Virus record (IMG/VR): IMGVR_UViG_3300003886_000001
Location: 32,001 to 96,000 of that record
Strand: one strand, 5' to 3'
DNA length: 64,000 nt
Origin: a virus
A program made the position numbers and the translations under genes. Of this stretch, positions 1 to 10,170 are shown piece after piece (within the stretch, counting starts at the first letter, position 1; the number at the start of each line of letters is the position of its first letter). The notes beneath the pieces are model-generated. The model was given only the letters and a program-made list of their open reading frames with translations, did not search any database and was not told the DNA's origin.

Positions 1-96
1 AAATACATCTATTAAGAACTTGTCTTGTCCTTCAGTTAAGGTCTCCATAAGGCTCCATTCTCATTCTTCTCATTCCAAAGTGTCTAGAATAGAAGT

Positions 97-330
97 ATGC
101 CTAAGTATATGCTACTTTTCGGCCTTCTGCAAGCCACCGGAGCTACTGGTATGCTATGGTTTCTTTCCTTGCCACACCTCACTATGATTTATAACATGGG
201 GCTGTTACTAGTTTTTATTCTATCAAGCCTCGCTTTTGGGGCGTGGGGGTATTTTGCGGGCTACGCAAGAGCACAAGAAGTGCGAGAGGACGGGTTTCTT
301 AAATATCTATCTAAGGAGAATAGGCCGTGA
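97..330 (+). CDS. small membrane protein
   Basis: Two hydrophobic segments; ATG 6 nt after a TAGAAT -10 box (leaderless). Confidence 0.6.
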   Translation: MPKYMLLFGLLQATGATGMLWFLSLPHLTMIYNMGLLLVFILSSLAFGAWGYFAGYARAQEVREDGFLKYLSKENRP

Positions 331-524
331 CTTGGTCTATCGTTGAATGGTTGTCTACCATACTAATAGGAGCAGTAGCTGTATTGATTGGAGGGATGGA
401 CTTCTTTTATATCTTTCATATGAGTTTTCTTGACAGCTGCCTAGTTTTTATAGCGCTTTTGTTAGCCATCACACTGCTATCTGTTGTTATTGAGCGGCTG
501 CTTGGAATTGCCGAGCTACCATGA
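327..524 (+). CDS. small membrane protein
   Basis: Two hydrophobic helices; start overlaps the upstream stop. Confidence 0.55.
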   Translation: MTWSIVEWLSTILIGAVAVLIGGMDFFYIFHMSFLDSCLVFIALLLAITLLSVVIERLLGIAELP

Positions 525-730
525 TAGACTTTATCTGTCTATGAAAAAACTCACTGTTGTTTGTGATAGATGTGATACACTAATTGATACGGGATATTAC
601 GACACAAGTGGAGGAGAGTGGTCGTGGTTTGCTGAACCCCATGAGAAGGTTATTTGTGACCATTGTATGCACAAAGATTCTAGATATAGGGAGTTGTATG
701 GTAATATTGCCTGGCAAGAGATTGATTGAA

Positions 731-1057
731 TTGACGGAAGGGTCTATACAAGCTAAGGAATATCCGGAATTGTTGTTGTTGTTAGTATATATGGAAGAGA
801 GGTATGGATTTAGAGTAAAAGAGTCTTTTGACACCATAGTACAGGAAGCTCAGGATATAACCGCAAACCCACTTAGGATAAACGATATGACCTCTACCAT
901 GTTCTTTTTTATGACCTATCTACAACATCCTTATGGGTTTACAGTCCTCTCTTTCGATAACCTATTATCAGAGTTAAATTCGTCAATAGTAGAGACTATA
1001 TCTAATTCAATTCTCATGCAGACAGAGTATAGTAGAAAAGAGGAAGTGGACAAATGA
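731..1057 (+). CDS. hypothetical protein (start uncertain; track ORF 584..1057)
   Basis: Coding-like 3' part, coupled to the next gene by ATGA. Confidence 0.45.
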   Translation: MTEGSIQAKEYPELLLLLVYMEERYGFRVKESFDTIVQEAQDITANPLRINDMTSTMFFFMTYLQHPYGFTVLSFDNLLSELNSSIVETISNSILMQTEYSRKEEVDK

Positions 1058-1263
1058 CTATTTGGGAATACTGGCATGCTCCATTGTTTATCAGGCACAG
1101 AGAGCGAATTTATATGGGATATCAGAAGGAAGTTACCCATCTAAAGCGCACTACTGTAGCGTCAGACTCTGATATACGACGACAGGCAATAGCTAATTTA
1201 ACCCATGATATGTATAAAATTATAGAAGATATTAAGGAAGTGTTGACAAAGAATGCCGACTAA
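1054..1263 (+). CDS. hypothetical protein
   Basis: Coupled ORF within the operon. Confidence 0.55.
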   Translation: MTIWEYWHAPLFIRHRERIYMGYQKEVTHLKRTTVASDSDIRRQAIANLTHDMYKIIEDIKEVLTKNAD

Positions 1264-1768
1264 AGTTGGGTCTAACCCTAATATAGGTTTTGTAACAGAC
1301 ACTCACGTCTACTTTCTCGATGGGATGTTCTCACAGTGGAAACCCGCTGTAATTAAAGACCTCGAAAGCGGTAACACGTTTGCTAATGCCGAACAATACA
1401 TGATGTATTATAAAGCCCTGACCATGAAGGACGGAATTTCTGCTAAACTGATTTTGGCAGAAACTCATCCTGCCCGAGTCAAGAAACTCGGGAGGGGGAT
1501 TATAGGTTTTGATGAAGATAAATGGGACGAGGTAAAGGAGAACATAGTGTATAAAGGAAATTACCTTAAATTCACACAAAATCCAGACTACTTATTAACC
1601 ATCAAGAAGCTTGTTGGCCGAACTTTTGTAGAGTGTTCATACTATGACCGGATATGGGGAATTGGCCTAGACATTTCAAACCTTGATATATTGGATGAAA
1701 GCAAGTGGTTGGGATTAAACCTACTAGGAAAGGCTATTAGCAAAGTAGCCGTTGATATAGATGTCTGA
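1253..1768 (+). CDS. NADAR/YbiA-family protein
   Basis: FSQW, AEQYMMYYKA, KFTQN, FVECSYYDRIWGIG and GLNLLGKA motifs typical of NADAR. Confidence 0.92.
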   Translation: MPTKVGSNPNIGFVTDTHVYFLDGMFSQWKPAVIKDLESGNTFANAEQYMMYYKALTMKDGISAKLILAETHPARVKKLGRGIIGFDEDKWDEVKENIVYKGNYLKFTQNPDYLLTIKKLVGRTFVECSYYDRIWGIGLDISNLDILDESKWLGLNLLGKAISKVAVDIDV

Positions 1769-2141
1769 GGAACTGTTCTATGACTTACATAACACGGTAG
1801 AAGCGTACTTTGAAGACTATAAAGAATACCTCTTGAAAAATGGGGTACTTTATAAACGCGCTATCTGGGATGTAACAGGATATTTTACTAATATTTTGAA
1901 GGATTGGTTGACCACACCGTCTTTAACAGTCTGGTGGTATGGTGCCATCTATTGCGGTGATTATGAAGAAATTATTACAACCGTAGATGTTGAAGAGTTT
2001 ATTGAGGGGGATTACAAGTCAACAATTTGGTACAGTACGGATACAATACCTCGTTATCGTGGGTTTAAGACAATAAAAGGAGAATTCGTTGAGAGGTATC
2101 CACAAGGACCACCTAGAGGGGAATTGCACAAGAAAGGATAA
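1761..2141 (+). CDS. hypothetical protein
   Basis: Coupled ORF. Confidence 0.6.
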   Translation: MSEELFYDLHNTVEAYFEDYKEYLLKNGVLYKRAIWDVTGYFTNILKDWLTTPSLTVWWYGAIYCGDYEEIITTVDVEEFIEGDYKSTIWYSTDTIPRYRGFKTIKGEFVERYPQGPPRGELHKKG

Positions 2142-2143
2142 CA

Positions 2144-2779
2144 ATGAGAGTTAGAGTTTATGGTGACTTACATGCTAATTTTAGACTTTTACATTTTATT
2201 ACAAACAAGTTACTTAAAGATATTGATGAGGTGTGGATTGCCGGAGATTTTGGATACGGATTTCCTTCAACCTTTAACACTATAGTAGTGCCAAGAATAC
2301 CTGTTAAGTTTATCCGTGGAAATCACGATAATCCAATAGTTAGGGAGGACTTTAATTGGAAGGGGTTTGAGTACATTAAAGACGGTACAATCAAAGACGG
2401 GGTGTTATTTATTGGTGGCGCTTGGTCAGTAGATAAGGAATACCGTATTCCAGGAGTTAGCTGGTGGGACCAAGAAGAACTAAATCAACCAGAAATGGAT
2501 GAGATTGAGCATAGTATTGAAGGTAAGATTGATACGGTTATAACCCATGAGGCCCCTTATGTTATGTATCCGTACCTTCACCCATCATTGTTGTTTCCTA
2601 ATAGAACCTCAGAATTTCTGGACCACCTGCGCCGAAAAGTTTTGGTAGGTGAGATGAAGCCCAACCTATGGATTTTTGGCCACCATCACAAACACTTAGA
2701 GAAGGTCATTGACGGTACTAGATTTGTAGGTTTGGACGTTGCTGAGACGTTAGACCATCTGGACCTAGATGTTCCATAA
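2144..2779 (+). CDS. calcineurin-like metallophosphoesterase
   Basis: GDLH, GDFG, RGNHD, THEAP and FGHHH motifs. Confidence 0.92.
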   Translation: MRVRVYGDLHANFRLLHFITNKLLKDIDEVWIAGDFGYGFPSTFNTIVVPRIPVKFIRGNHDNPIVREDFNWKGFEYIKDGTIKDGVLFIGGAWSVDKEYRIPGVSWWDQEELNQPEMDEIEHSIEGKIDTVITHEAPYVMYPYLHPSLLFPNRTSEFLDHLRRKVLVGEMKPNLWIFGHHHKHLEKVIDGTRFVGLDVAETLDHLDLDVP

Positions 2780-3416
2780 ATATCCGAGGATACCCCACGT
2801 TATAGGTAGTAAAGGGACGGGAGATGACCTTTTTGCAGAAACTCCGAGAGGAAGCTTTTCCGCCTACGAAAAATTAGACGGCTCCTGTGTAGGGATAACT
2901 ATGTCTTCAAACAATGTTTTACAATTTATGAATCGTGGAGGATTTATTGAAGAAAAACGACCACATGAACAATGGGGAGCCTTAAAACGTTGGGCGTATA
3001 AGAATTATAACAAGTTGTACTCTATATTTAAGAAAACTCCTGGTATTATTATCTTTGGAGAGTGGTTGTGGGCTAAACATACTATTTATTACAACCGTCT
3101 ACCAGATTATTTTATAGCATTTGACACCTGGGACCCTAAGAGTGGATTTTTACCTCTTCATCCCAATAATTATATAAAGACATTAGTGTCAGCCTCTCCA
3201 ATAGGTGGAACCGATAGCATAGCACGGTGGTTGAAAGACCAGGATTATCGACCTAGCTATGGTGACCAATTTGAAGGATTTATCTTTAGGAGTATTGATG
3301 ATTATAGCATTAGATATAAATATGTCGTATTTCAAGTAGGTAAAACTCATTGGTATGAGTTGCCGGTAACACAAAATAGGCTAAGTTCATCCTTCTCACG
3401 AAACGTCCTGCTATAG
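2769..3416 (+). CDS. ATP-dependent RNA ligase family protein
   Basis: KYPRIPH, EKLDGS (KxDG), FGEW, FIAFD and EGFI nucleotidyltransferase motifs. Confidence 0.85.
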   Translation: MFHKYPRIPHVIGSKGTGDDLFAETPRGSFSAYEKLDGSCVGITMSSNNVLQFMNRGGFIEEKRPHEQWGALKRWAYKNYNKLYSIFKKTPGIIIFGEWLWAKHTIYYNRLPDYFIAFDTWDPKSGFLPLHPNNYIKTLVSASPIGGTDSIARWLKDQDYRPSYGDQFEGFIFRSIDDYSIRYKYVVFQVGKTHWYELPVTQNRLSSSFSRNVLL

Positions 3417-3443
3417 TAATAACAGAAACGGGAGGAACACTAA

Positions 3444-4529
3444 ATGAAGACTTGGCCCAAACTCTACTATACCAATAACTCTGGTAAACTGTATGAATGG
3501 GGTATCTGGGTTGATGGCAGTGAAATTTATACTAAATACGGAGGGGTTGGGGACTCTAAGCAGGTCGCTATAAAGTGTGCTACACCGAAAAACGTAGGCA
3601 AGTCTAATGAGACTACTCCCCAAGAGCAGGCGGAATTAGAAGCAGAAGCTATGTGGGTATTCAAGAAAGAACGCCGATATAGCGAGAACGAGGAGGATTC
3701 TAGTATTGTTGAACGGCTTCGTCCGATGCTCGCAAAGAAATTAGGGGAATTACCGGATAAAGTATTTCCCGTAGCTGTTCAGCCTAAATTGGATGGTATT
3801 CGCTGTCTGATTAAAATTGATAACGGTAATATAGAGATGGTAAGTAGGTCGGGCAAGCCAATCGTTACCTGTGGGCATATTAGCCAACAGATTCAGGCAA
3901 TGAAGTTGCCGTCAATGGTAATTGATGGAGAGCTTTATAACCACGATATTACTTTCCAAGCCATTACTAAGTTGGTTAAAAAGTATTATCCCGGCAAAAG
4001 CGAGGACATCAACTTCGTGTATTATGACAGCTATACCGAAACTACCAAAGATTTACCGTGGGAAGAGCGACATACTTTTTCACAAACTTCAAGTAATGTA
4101 CATAAACTAGCACATATGAATGCTAGGGATGAGGAAGGAATTAAAGCCGCTCATCGGTGGAATATTAAGTCAGGCTATGAGGGCTCTATCATCCGTATTT
4201 CCCGGGGTATAAAGAAGTTGGATTACAGGACGGGAGCACGGTCCTCTGCACTGTTAAAGCTAAAGGATTTCCTTGATGATGAGTATCCAGTTGTTGGATA
4301 TACCGAGGGTATAGGAAAGTTTACTGGGTGTATCATCTACGAGTGTAAAACTCCTGAGGGAATATCATTCAATGTAGTTCCTAGGGGGACAATGGAAGAA
4401 CGTAAGTATTGGTTTAAGAACGCGCGTAGGTTCATAGGAAACCAGTTAACGGTAAGGTACTTTGCAACCACTGAGGATGGGGTTCCTAGGTTTCCAATTG
4501 GTATAGGAATTCGTTGGGATAAAGAATGA
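3444..4529 (+). CDS. ATP-dependent DNA ligase with N-terminal WGR-like domain
   Basis: PMLAK, QPKLDGIR, IDGELY, YEGSIIR, LLKLK and a C-terminal OB region ending GVPRFP. Confidence 0.92.
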   Translation: MKTWPKLYYTNNSGKLYEWGIWVDGSEIYTKYGGVGDSKQVAIKCATPKNVGKSNETTPQEQAELEAEAMWVFKKERRYSENEEDSSIVERLRPMLAKKLGELPDKVFPVAVQPKLDGIRCLIKIDNGNIEMVSRSGKPIVTCGHISQQIQAMKLPSMVIDGELYNHDITFQAITKLVKKYYPGKSEDINFVYYDSYTETTKDLPWEERHTFSQTSSNVHKLAHMNARDEEGIKAAHRWNIKSGYEGSIIRISRGIKKLDYRTGARSSALLKLKDFLDDEYPVVGYTEGIGKFTGCIIYECKTPEGISFNVVPRGTMEERKYWFKNARRFIGNQLTVRYFATTEDGVPRFPIGIGIRWDKE

Positions 4530-4978
4530 AATTATATATCACTGTTATTGACTCGGTAGAGGGAATTGAAGAAATATGTGGATACTTTACCGACAAAAAG
4601 TTTGCAGAGAGGCTGGCAACCACTATTGGAGGAACCGTACTGACGGGAACCGTAGACGAGTTTGACCATACAGAATGGTTAAAGTTCATTGAAACTAATA
4701 ACTTACACTACTTCCATACAGAGAGTGTAGTAGGTAAAGATACTATAGTCGGACAACAGGAAATGACATTAGGTGGCGTCATACGTAATTCAGTTTACCT
4801 TATGTTAGGAGGTACTGAGGATATTGTTGTGGGAAGTATCTGGACTACTAGCCAAAAAGAAGCCGCAGCTTATATAGAACATGTCGTGGAGGATATTTTT
4901 CCTAATATTCCAGTCGAGACTACACCTTCCGGCAATGAAAAATGGTATGAAGAGATATTATGGGAAAGGACGCCATGA
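4526..4978 (+). CDS. hypothetical protein (tandem paralog of 4975..5391)
   Basis: Shares N-terminal and W.TS/W.ST pattern with its neighbour. Confidence 0.65.
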   Translation: MKLYITVIDSVEGIEEICGYFTDKKFAERLATTIGGTVLTGTVDEFDHTEWLKFIETNNLHYFHTESVVGKDTIVGQQEMTLGGVIRNSVYLMLGGTEDIVVGSIWTTSQKEAAAYIEHVVEDIFPNIPVETTPSGNEKWYEEILWERTP

Positions 4979-5391
4979 AAATTTACCAGGTTTACATGGA
5001 AGATGAGCTAGACTTTATTGAGTACGGGCATTTCTTCAAAGAGGAAGACGCTGCTGCTCTAGCACAACATCTGGGGGCATATGTAAAGACTGTAGTTGTG
5101 GATGCGTCCATAGCCGTACTAGAATATATCAGAGAAAATGACCTCTACTACTGGAATGTCATTAATTCTGAGGGCGAGTTTAGCGGTGTAGTATTACCAC
5201 CTTCGGAGGAATGGGAATGGGATAATAAACAACTCAGAAATAGCATTAGTATAGACGGAGATGGTGAAATAAATGCTAGTGTCTGGGCCTCCACGGAAGA
5301 AAAGGCTATTGAATACGTTAAATGTAATGAGTCTATTAATACTCCTGACCAGCGTTATTACACAACCGTTGTTTTTACGGTCCCATCATGA
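4975..5391 (+). CDS. hypothetical protein (tandem paralog of 4526..4978)
   Basis: ATGA-coupled start; similar sequence pattern. Confidence 0.65.
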   Translation: MKIYQVYMEDELDFIEYGHFFKEEDAAALAQHLGAYVKTVVVDASIAVLEYIRENDLYYWNVINSEGEFSGVVLPPSEEWEWDNKQLRNSISIDGDGEINASVWASTEEKAIEYVKCNESINTPDQRYYTTVVFTVPS

Positions 5392-5458
5392 TTTTCTGTA
5401 AAAACACTTATACTACTCATACGTAACTATCCTAGACTAGGAACTAGGAGGAAGTAAA

Positions 5459-6733
5459 ATGGAACCTTTTAAAACTGGCCAGATATATAAGATGAACGAG
5501 GGGAAAGTTTGGGCGACCTTTCTTCTTTCTGATTCATTGATGTCCGGTGTTGATGAGAAAACGATGAACCAGATTCGTAATTCTATGCGATTGCCAGGAG
5601 TAAAGAGTGTTACTATTACCCCAGACGTTCACTTTGGGTATGGGGTGGCTATCGGTACTGTTGTTCATTCTGAAACTCACTTGTATCCAGACGTTGTAGG
5701 GGTTGACCCAGCTTGTAGTGTGTCATTGTCTCGTATCCATGGAGTTAATGGTCTCTCCAAGCTGAAAGAGAAAAAGGATGTCTTAAAAAGTATAAAGGAG
5801 CGGGTCAGTGTAGGTAGGGGGAGGGTAAACAAACAAGCTCCGCCTTTGACCATGAGGGGATTTAAACAGGTAATTGACGGATTCTTAACCCCAGCACTAA
5901 GCTGGTTGTCTTATAGAGAGGACAAGTTATGGAAGAGCGAAACTAGAGAATACCAACAAGTTGGGGATTTATTAGAGTTATTAATGACAGATACTATGCT
6001 AGGACAGGTAGGTAGTATCGGCTCAGGAAATCATTTTATAGAATTACAAGAAGATGAGGAAGGGTCGCTTTATGTAATGGCACACTTTGGTAGTAGGGGC
6101 ATAGGTGCTACCGGTGCTAAGTTATTAGAAGACATGGTAAGAGAGGAATTAAAGTCATGGGGAGTAACTACCGAGCTACTTTATATGCCTGCGGAAAGCA
6201 ACATTGGTAAACTATACAATGTTTTCCAACGGGCCATGCTAGAATGGTCAACCTATAACCATGAAATAGTACAGGAGGCGATTGAACAAGCTATCCGTGA
6301 GACATTCCCAGAGGCCCGTAGGGAGGCTATCGGGCATATACCGCATAACTTTATAGAAAGGAGGCTGGGATTATTTGTAGGCCGTAAAGGCGCCACTCCA
6401 GCATATGGTAAAGTTCCATTGTTAATCCCGGGGAGCATGGGTACAGCTAGTTATGTGCTTAGCCCGGGAGTAAAAGCCGCTAAATTGGGAGAGTCAGTTT
6501 CCCATGGTGCTGGACGGCTTTTTAGTCGTAGAGCCGCTAAAGCCACTCTAAACCAGAAAGAGGTTAACCAAGAGTTTAAAAATAATGGAATTATCGGAAA
6601 CTTTGAAGACGTTCCTTTGGACGAAGCTCCGGGGGCATATAAGGATATAGACGAAATAATTAAATCGTTGGTAAACTCAGAAGTTGCAGTTGTGGAAAAG
6701 AAATTAAAGCCAGTGATGGTAATAAAAGGGTAA
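5459..6733 (+). CDS. rtcB: RtcB-family 3'-phosphate RNA ligase
   Basis: PDVH, VDPAC, GSGNHFIE, HFGSRG, PHN, RKGATPA, PGSMG, SHGAGR and DEAPGAYK motifs. Confidence 0.95.
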   Translation: MEPFKTGQIYKMNEGKVWATFLLSDSLMSGVDEKTMNQIRNSMRLPGVKSVTITPDVHFGYGVAIGTVVHSETHLYPDVVGVDPACSVSLSRIHGVNGLSKLKEKKDVLKSIKERVSVGRGRVNKQAPPLTMRGFKQVIDGFLTPALSWLSYREDKLWKSETREYQQVGDLLELLMTDTMLGQVGSIGSGNHFIELQEDEEGSLYVMAHFGSRGIGATGAKLLEDMVREELKSWGVTTELLYMPAESNIGKLYNVFQRAMLEWSTYNHEIVQEAIEQAIRETFPEARREAIGHIPHNFIERRLGLFVGRKGATPAYGKVPLLIPGSMGTASYVLSPGVKAAKLGESVSHGAGRLFSRRAAKATLNQKEVNQEFKNNGIIGNFEDVPLDEAPGAYKDIDEIIKSLVNSEVAVVEKKLKPVMVIKG

Positions 6734-6781
6734 ATCTTATTTTGCCCACGAGGTTAGGAAACTAACAGAAATGAGATAAAA

Positions 6782-7210
6782 ATGAAAGGAATAGCAGCCC
6801 CAGAGCAGGAAAATCAAAAGATAGAAGGAATGTCTCCTGCTGAATTATCAGCATTTACAACGTTAATGAGTCTAGCTCCCGTTGATGAAGAGTCCAAATT
6901 ATCAATCCCCCCTTTGCTTGAGAATTATATCTCCAAAGGTATAGTTATTAGTCTTAAACCATATCCTTCACGTCACTACGCTAACTTATGGGAAGAGGTA
7001 CGCGCCGTTATTAATGAATGTCATCTAAGAGGAGGACATATTGATGGGCTTATTGAAAAGTTACCCCTCGCCTTTTATGATGGTGAGACATACTTAGGGT
7101 TTAAGAGGTATATGGAGGATATGAATAAGTGGAGCGATACTCTAGATAAAGAGATTTCTGTACAAATAAAGTGGGCACAGGAAGTGATGAATAAAATTAA
7201 GAGCTTATAA
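6782..7210 (+). CDS. hypothetical protein
   Basis: ORF within the operon. Confidence 0.6.
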   Translation: MKGIAAPEQENQKIEGMSPAELSAFTTLMSLAPVDEESKLSIPPLLENYISKGIVISLKPYPSRHYANLWEEVRAVINECHLRGGHIDGLIEKLPLAFYDGETYLGFKRYMEDMNKWSDTLDKEISVQIKWAQEVMNKIKSL

Positions 7211-7229
7211 CTGTGGTAGGAGTATAATT

Positions 7230-8006
7230 ATGAGTGTTATTGTTGCTATAAGTGGTGGAAAGGCTAGTGCCTGGTGTGCAAACTGGGCACTTAAGAAATA
7301 TGATAGGGAAAATGTAATTTTGTACTTTAATGACACAAAATGGGAACACCCAGACTTATATAGATTTTTAAAGGACGTGAGTAACTATCTTCATCATGAC
7401 ATCACGTTTGATTCTGATGGTAGAAGCCCAGCACAGTTATTTTTGGATTATAGGGCTTTAGCCAATAACAGGATGCCCTTTTGTTCACGTGTGTTAAAGG
7501 CAGAAAGACTGCAACGATTCTACAAGGATGGGGACATTTTAGTTTTTGGTATAGGACCAGATGAATTAAACCGAGCAAGAAGAATTGTTAGTGTATATCA
7601 AAAGGTTGCTACTAAAACTGGTAAGTCTTGTAATGTTGTACTTCCCCTTATCATAGAAGATGTGACAACTGCTAATATTGATGATTTTCTTTCTAAAGCT
7701 GGTATAGAGGAACCTTTATTATATAAATTAGGATTTTTGCATAACAATTGCTCAGGAGGATGTGTTCGTGCTGGTAAAAAGCATTGGAAACTTCTATATG
7801 AAAAACTCCCTGAGGTGTATGCTGAAAGGGAAAGAATTGAAGAAGGCGTTAGGACTTATTTAAAAAAGGATATACACTTTTTTAGGGACGAGACTTTAAG
7901 AGATTTTCGCGGCAGAATAGAAAGAAAGGAGTTATCTTCCTATTATGACATTGACGATAAAGAGGAAGGGGTAGAGTGTATTGGTATTTGTGGAACCCAG
8001 TCATAG
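7230..8006 (+). CDS. PAPS-reductase-like (PP-loop) protein
   Basis: ISGGKAS PP-loop, FNDTKWEHPD, CSRVLK, GFLHNNCSGGCVRAG. Confidence 0.85.
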   Translation: MSVIVAISGGKASAWCANWALKKYDRENVILYFNDTKWEHPDLYRFLKDVSNYLHHDITFDSDGRSPAQLFLDYRALANNRMPFCSRVLKAERLQRFYKDGDILVFGIGPDELNRARRIVSVYQKVATKTGKSCNVVLPLIIEDVTTANIDDFLSKAGIEEPLLYKLGFLHNNCSGGCVRAGKKHWKLLYEKLPEVYAERERIEEGVRTYLKKDIHFFRDETLRDFRGRIERKELSSYYDIDDKEEGVECIGICGTQS

Positions 8007-8060
8007 TCTCATCATTCTCATACACATCTTCTCTACTCTTAGTAGAGAAGAAAGGAATAT

Positions 8061-8528
8061 ATGTTAATTAGATTTCATAGTTTCACGGACTTAATTACAA
8101 ATTCAAGTTCTACAGTATACATTTATCTCACAGAGAAAACCGAGGAGGTTATTAAGGACTTGGTAAGGCTGCTGCTATCAAGGAATGGTAGCAATGAAAC
8201 CTTTGACTCACTTTTCTCTATTGAGCACCTAACGGGGGAAGGTACTCATGAATACGACTTCTATGAAAACATCTATGATATCGAAAGTATTGATGGAGAT
8301 TGGGAAGCATTAGAGAAGGCTAAAAACGAAGCCGAGGATAAACTCGCCTATCTTAAGAAGTATGCAGAAGAGCATGGACATTCGTCTTTTGAAGATGAAA
8401 ACTATCATGAATATGATTATGCTAGTACCTTAAAAATTACAGCTAAACATCCAAAAGACGCAGCTGCCGCCAAGATATTAAGTTCATTACGTAGTTTATT
8501 TGAATACGAAGCAGTGTTTGATGGTTAG
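8061..8528 (+). CDS. hypothetical protein (DLITNSSS motif), next to radical SAM gene
   Basis: N-terminal SFTDLITNSSS motif; overlaps the radical SAM gene. Confidence 0.65.
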   Translation: MLIRFHSFTDLITNSSSTVYIYLTEKTEEVIKDLVRLLLSRNGSNETFDSLFSIEHLTGEGTHEYDFYENIYDIESIDGDWEALEKAKNEAEDKLAYLKKYAEEHGHSSFEDENYHEYDYASTLKITAKHPKDAAAAKILSSLRSLFEYEAVFDG

Positions 8529-9429
8529 CCTAGAGGGGATGCGTATACGTAAGTCTATTGATGACAATTATAGTGCTTTTTTCACAGATGACGGTAAAAC
8601 ATATAGATTTAAATTAACTGATGCCCCCATGAAGGAATTAACATTTCCAGAGTTTTATGATGTAGCAATTAACACCTGGTGTGCTGGCGGATGTGGGTAT
8701 TGTTATGTAGGTGCCAAAGAGTCTGGTATGCATTTTCCCGGGGCTGTGGGGAACATAAAAAGAATCTTTGGGCATATGACTCTGAATGAACGGCCTTTTC
8801 AGGTGGCACTTGGCGGTGAGGGAGAACCTACCGCGCACCCAGACTTTCTAGAGGTCTTAGAAACCTTTAGAGGGCTAGGAATAGCGCCAAACTATACTAC
8901 TAATGGTATGCATTTAAGTACGGAGCTTATTGCTGCAACCAAAGAGTTTAATAGTGGGGTAGCTGTAAGCATGCATCCACAGTTAAGAACATATAGCGTT
9001 AATGCCATTAAAGAGTACTCCAAAGCAGGTATCAGATTAAACTTACACTTTGTGGTGTCTAATGCAAAAAGTATTGACCTATTATGGAAAGCGGTTGAAG
9101 AGTGGAATGATGTAGTTGAACACTTTGTAGTGCTTCCGTATATGAGTAATAGAGAGGCCCCATTCAAACGTGTTGACACAGACTATCTAGCGCGAACATT
9201 AGATTCTAGAGAGGATATCAGTAAAATAGCGTTCGGTTCTAATTTATATAAGTTTTTGAGTGTACGAGACTATCCGGTCAGCTTGTATGAGCCCGAAGCT
9301 ATGAGTAAATACTTGGTGTTAAGTGACCCAATTAAACTTTACTCCGATTCTCACAGTATGAAACCAGTGACCAAAGGGCCACTTTGGAGGTTGGTAAACA
9401 TTCTGTCTATGGAAGATAACGGTGTGTAA
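8500..9429 (+). CDS. radical SAM protein
   Basis: CxxxCxxC (CAGGCGYC), ALGGEGEP, NYTTNG. Confidence 0.92.
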   Translation: MNTKQCLMVSLEGMRIRKSIDDNYSAFFTDDGKTYRFKLTDAPMKELTFPEFYDVAINTWCAGGCGYCYVGAKESGMHFPGAVGNIKRIFGHMTLNERPFQVALGGEGEPTAHPDFLEVLETFRGLGIAPNYTTNGMHLSTELIAATKEFNSGVAVSMHPQLRTYSVNAIKEYSKAGIRLNLHFVVSNAKSIDLLWKAVEEWNDVVEHFVVLPYMSNREAPFKRVDTDYLARTLDSREDISKIAFGSNLYKFLSVRDYPVSLYEPEAMSKYLVLSDPIKLYSDSHSMKPVTKGPLWRLVNILSMEDNGV

Positions 9430-9850
9430 CCCGAGAGTTTCTTTACTAATAGCTAAAGAGGATGAAAACGGAAACCTACTGCTACTTCTTAGGAAAGAAG
9501 GTGATTCTTACCTTTTACCCAGCGTCTGCTCAGATTTAGGTGAATATACTGAGGCGGCCGCAAAGCGAATGTTATCAGAAATTACTAAAGACAATAACGA
9601 CGATTTATCTCTACTTGAGATAGTGGAGCATTTTGAAGATGATTGTTACATAGGGTTTTACTATTATGTTAGTGTAGCCGATAACGCAGTAGTACCACAA
9701 AACTATGTATGGAAAGAGGAACAGGAGGTTATTAGTCTTTTACAGGATGGAGTTTACCATACTGTAGAACTTGATTCAAGGCTTGACTCCAAGCAACGCC
9801 TATGCTATGATATAGAAAGGTATGGGGGTGACAAGGTTTCGACAGGGTAA
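9422..9850 (+). CDS. NUDIX-fold protein with degenerate Nudix box
   Basis: LLLLRK...LLPS...LGE...AAAKRMLSEIT resembles a Nudix box but lacks the canonical RE..EE. Confidence 0.55.
   Translation: MCNPRVSLLIAKEDENGNLLLLLRKEGDSYLLPSVCSDLGEYTEAAAKRMLSEITKDNNDDLSLLEIVEHFEDDCYIGFYYYVSVADNAVVPQNYVWKEEQEVISLLQDGVYHTVELDSRLDSKQRLCYDIERYGGDKVSTG
9783..9811 (+). promoter_or_regulatory. sigma70-type promoter for tmRNA
   Basis: TTGACT-17-TATGAT with TG extended -10, inside the NUDIX ORF. Confidence 0.8.
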
Positions 9851-10076
9851 AAAACAATTAACTAGCGTGCAGGGGTGGGCTGGCCCCTTAATCAAGCCCA
9901 AAATTAATAATTAACAACTATGCTATGCCACTCGCCGCTTAGAGCGAGAACCGCCCGCAGCTAGCGCACAATAGCTGTACGCTTTATAGATTTGAACAAA
10001 ACTTTTTGATACGCACGTACAGAAGGTTAGTTAGACGTTGCTCTGGACGCGGGTTCGACTCCCGCCGCCTCCACCA
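9824..10076 (+). ncRNA. ssrA: tmRNA (compact, 253 nt)
   Basis: 5' GGGGGTGACAAGGTTTCGAC; 3' GCGGGTTCGACTCCCGCCGCCTCCACCA; G3.U70 pair; internal frame ...INNYAMPLAA-stop (TAG at 9940-9942). Confidence 0.93.
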
Positions 10077-10170
10077 TCTGTTGTTGAAAAAAGATAAGGT
10101 ATTGTATTCTTGTGTGTCTAACACTTCTCATCAATGAGTACAGTACCATGAATCATAGATAGGAGTATAG

